A DNA stretch of 64,000 nucleotides, from assembly GCA_013416795.1 (NCBI GenBank), contig RQSC01001045.1, forward strand, positions 41,312 through 105,311, in the 5' to 3' direction. The translations under genes were made by a program, and so were the position numbers. Within the stretch, counting starts at the first letter, position 1, and each line of letters starts with the position of its first letter. Of this stretch, positions 60,961 to 64,000 are shown piece by piece. The notes under the pieces were generated by a model. The model had not been told where the DNA came from, did not search any database, and saw nothing but the letters and a program-made list of their open reading frames with translations. Source of the DNA: Prasinococcaceae sp. CCMP 1430 (Eukaryota; Plantae; Prasinodermophyta).

Positions 60961-61758
60961 TCAGCCTCGCCGCGTCTTGTAGACCCGATTGGAGCCAGGC
61001 GGGCCCTTTTGCTTGGCGCGCTCGAAGACCTGCTTTTGGTAGTATTCGAGCTCGTCAATACTCTCCATGATATCGGCGAGGGCGCGGTGGCCAGCAGCCT
61101 TGCGTGGCTTGCGCCGTTCAACGGAGGGCAGGAAGCGCCGCGTCACTTCCATAATAGAAGTCACGTCGACGATGCGGTAGTGGAGATGGTCCGCCAGACG
61201 GGGCATGTATCGCCGCAGGAAGTAGAGGTCGGCGTGCACGGAATTGCCTGCGAGCAGACCCACTTTTGGTGTCGGGATGTGCTCCCGGACGAAGGCGAGG
61301 ACGGCATCCTCAGCCTCCTCCATCGACACCCTCGAGTTGCGCACCTCTTCCGTGAGGCCGCTCGCGCCGTGGTGCTCCACGCACCACTCGTTCATGCCGG
61401 ACAGAACCTCTTCCGGGTGGTGGATCACGAGATCCGGCCCTTTGAGGCGCTGGCGCAGCTTGCCGTCGGTGACGACGCACGCAATTTCGAGGATGGTGTG
61501 CTTTTCCACGTCTAGGCCGGTCATCTCCAGGTCGATCCACACGAGGGGCTGGACGAGCAGATCACCAGACTGGTCGATCTCACCGTCGTCGCGGGGCGAT
61601 ACCTCCTGCGCTGCCCCCTCGGTGGGGCTCCCACCGGCACACTTGCCCTCACCCCCCCCGCCGCCCTCGCCGCAACTCGCGGGCGAGAGCGACCGCGACC
61701 GCGCGCCGTCGCCGCCTCCTGCGGCTGTGAGCGCAGCGAAGTAGTTGCCGCAAGCCAT
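60961..61758 (-). CDS. ORN: Oligoribonuclease (Orn/REXO2, DEDDh exonuclease)
   Basis: LVWIDLEMTGLD, EIACVVTD, WCVEHHGASGL, LAGNSVHAD, HYRIVDVTSI, HRALADIMESIDELEYY. Confidence 0.97.
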   Translation of the reverse strand: MACGNYFAALTAAGGGDGARSRSLSPASCGEGGGGGEGKCAGGSPTEGAAQEVSPRDDGEIDQSGDLLVQPLVWIDLEMTGLDVEKHTILEIACVVTDGKLRQRLKGPDLVIHHPEEVLSGMNEWCVEHHGASGLTEEVRNSRVSMEEAEDAVLAFVREHIPTPKVGLLAGNSVHADLYFLRRYMPRLADHLHYRIVDVTSIMEVTRRFLPSVERRKPRKAAGHRALADIMESIDELEYYQKQVFERAKQKGPPGSNRVYKTRRG

Positions 61759-61775
61759 CTTCCGCGCCGCCGCCG

Positions 61776-61922
61776 CTCGAGCACGCCGACATTGCGGTCG
61801 CGCCCGAAAGGATTCTCGCTCGCCACCGAGCCGAGCCCGTCGGTCGCGTCCGATTGCTGGGCGAGCGCCGGCGTCGCCAGCGCACAGCCGCCGAGCAGCA
61901 GGGTCCAGGCCGCGCGCTTCAC
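61776..61922 (-). pseudogene. 5' fragment of a bacterial secreted/outer-membrane protein gene
   Basis: The GTG start overlaps the EEP stop (GTGA). MKRAAWTLLLGGCALATPALA-QQSD is a Sec signal peptide with an A-x-A cleavage site. It is truncated after FGRDRNVGVLER. Confidence 0.72.
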
Positions 61923-62140
61923 CGGCGCCCCAGCGTGACGAGCACCGGCCGGTGGTCCGATCCGGTCGCCGGCAGCTTCTCGGCCGAAACCAGCCCCCAG
62001 TCGGGCCCGGCATAGAGCTGGTCGATCGGCAGCATGGGAAGGGCGCGCGGCCAGCTCGGCAGCGCGCGGGTCATGCGGGTGAGCGGCGCGAAGCCTTGGT
62101 CTTGCGCATGCATCGCAGCGGCCCAGGGGGTGAGGTTCAT
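61919..62140 (-). pseudogene. 3' fragment of a bacterial endonuclease/exonuclease/phosphatase (EEP, YafD-like) gene
   Basis: MNLTPW...TRALPSWP...LPIDQLYAG...GSDHRPVLVTL*: the (D)xN, IDxxY and SDHxP motifs of the EEP C-terminus. The N-terminal two-thirds are absent. Confidence 0.8.
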
Positions 62141-62181
62141 GAGACGCGTGAGCGCGCGTCGCCGAGTGCGGGCGCGCAGCG

Positions 62182-63662
62182 ATGGCACGGCAAGCGCCGC
62201 TCGGAGAGGCTGCGGTGCGCCTGGTGGGCGGCGTGGCGGCGGGCGCAGGCGGTGGCGGCGGCGGAGGCGTCTTGGCCATTGGCGGCACGAGCGCTGCTGC
62301 AGGCGCGGAAGAAGGCCCGAGCACGAGCGGCCTAGGCGCTCTAGATGCCGCGCTGGAAGCCGCGCGGCGCGGCGCGTGCCTGCGCCGCGGCATGAGCGAG
62401 GTGGGCAGAGACCCGGGCTCGGACTCAGACTGCTCGGGCTCAGAGGCCGACGCCGATAATGCGCGGGCCGCAGCAGCGTGCGACGCCGCGCTGCAGCGCG
62501 TCATCTTGCGTGAGCGAGACCTGCCGCCGCGTGCCACGGGACGCTGCGCTGTGGGCCCGCTCACCGACGGCGGCGGCGCGCGTTCGGTGCTGCGCGCCGC
62601 TGCGCGCGCCAACGTGCAGGGCGCCGGCGAGAACGGCGGCGCCAATGTGGAAGCTGCCGACAGCGCTGACGGCGATGAGGACTCAGCCTACGAGGAGGGT
62701 ATTGCCGCCGACATCGAGCGGCAGGTGGCGTCTGTTCGGGCAACCGAGTGAGTCCTCTACACACCATACAGCCCCGCCCCATCTCGCTCGCGCGCTCAAC
62801 GTCTCACGATGGCGCTGACCGGACGCGCCATGCAACTTTCCGTGGCCACACGCGGGTGTCACACCGCCTCGCGCCGCGCGCTGCACCCACGTCCGGACTC
62901 GCGCCCGCCGCATTACGCTCTCACGCGCTACAGCCGCTCGCTGGCCCCGCCGAGCGCGCTGGTGTACCTGAAGATGGACGTGCTCGACGCCAGCGACCAC
63001 GCGGTCGGCCCACCGCACTTCAAGGCAGAGCCCGACGCACGCTTCGCCGACGACGACGGCGCGGGAGGCACCCTCAAGCTGTTGCACGGCGCGCGGTACG
63101 CGCTGCGCCTCAAGCTCGAGCCCGATCGCCTCGAGCCCGCGGGCAGCGGTGTCGAGGTGTGGGCAGAGGACGAGCTTGTGTGTGCGCTGCCACTGGTGCG
63201 AGGAAGGTGCGTGGCTAATGGCTGACCGCCGTGGCAGCGCCGCGACTGTCGCAGCGCACGCGCTTTGGCGCGCGTGCCGATGCGAGGCGCTGACAGGGGC
63301 CGATATGATGGCGCGACGCTCGTTTCAGGGCCAGCAATGACGGTGCAGGCTGGTGGGAGAGCGACGGCGCCTGGGTTTGCGCGCTGCTGCCGAGCGAGCA
63401 GGGCGCACGCGTACGGTTGCAGGTGCGCTGCGCTCTGACGCCGGCCTTCGGCGAGGCGGCGCTTCCGCTGCTCGCCAAGGTGTACGCTCCGGCGCACCCC
63501 CCCGTGGAGCGTGGGGGGCGCGCTGGCACGGAAAGCGCGCGCGCGCCCGGGCGCAGGGGGGCGCCGCTCGAGGCGGTGGCGGCACGCCTCACGCGAGCGG
63601 AGACTGCCGACCCCAGCGGCGAGGCTGGTGTCCAATGGTGCCATCTCATCGGCGCGACGTGA
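62182..63662 (+). CDS. Protein with a C-terminal CB1 cannabinoid receptor-interacting protein (CNRIP1/CRIP1a)-like domain; introns 62748-62933 and 63207-63328
   Basis: GTGAGT and GTGCGT donors, TACAG and TTCAG acceptors, both phase 2 and frame-restoring. Product: VYLKMDVLDA...GPPHFKAEPDARF...TLKLLHGARYALRLKLEP...LLPSEQGARVRLQV...LLAKVY...GAPLEAV. Confidence 0.72.
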
Positions 63663-64000
63663 TGCCACGAGCGCGGCACCAGTCGCAGCGGCAGCAGCAG
63701 CAGCAGAGGGAGCAGCAGCAGCTGAGGCGGCGGCGCAGCGGCGGCGGCGGCGGCGGCGGCAGCAGCAGGCGCACATGCGCGCGCGCGCAGTATAATAAAC
63801 CCTATATCATACTGTACCCTATTCGGCAATTCCGGATTCAGAAGAGTTTGGGTTCCATGCACTCGAATGCGAACGCAGCCAAAGTCCGATTTCGGCGCGC
63901 GCACGCAGGAGCAGGCGCTGGGCGCGCGGCGCCGCCACAGGGCGCGAGCGCCGCGCGGGGGGATCCCCTCCCCCGCGCGCGCTCGCGCGATGGAGCCGCG

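Noticed and set aside
63690-63776. Poly-Ala/Arg/Leu ORF from a GCA/GCG trinucleotide tract
   Set aside because: It lies just after the CNRIP1-like stop codon and is best read as a 3' UTR simple repeat.

Overview
This is eukaryotic nuclear DNA, very GC-rich (about 70% by eye) and gene-dense. It has short GT-AG introns with a GTGCG/GTGAG donor and a (G)CTGAC/CTAAC branch point. The gene content (nuclear plastid S1, MutS2, plant-type EXO84/COG7/PEX19/CERK, a TALE homeobox) points to a prasinophyte-grade green alga; this is inference. About 30 genes or gene fragments can be supported. I found no rRNA, tRNA, CRISPR array or recognisable transposon. The assembly is imperfect: two N-gaps, three single N's, homopolymer runs, and several head-to-head exon junctions with no promoter between them. 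Main points: (1) a ~365 bp piece of bacterial operon DNA (end of an EEP gene with a GTGA overlap into a signal-peptide gene) fills the ORN/CNRIP1-like divergent intergenic region; (2) a three-exon gene encodes a CB1-receptor-interacting-protein (CNRIP1)-like domain; (3) a sulfotransferase-GT8 glycosyltransferase fusion; (4) an intron-containing PD-(D/E)xK nuclease-like gene inside a (CA)n-intron compartment; (5) a 2763-aa coiled-coil protein flanked by arrays of LC8-like motifs; (6) OATP and NSS transporters of families best known from animals; (7) an atypical TALE homeodomain; (8) a recurrent ATCAAAA motif in intergenic DNA. Family assignments come from motif recall, not database searches.
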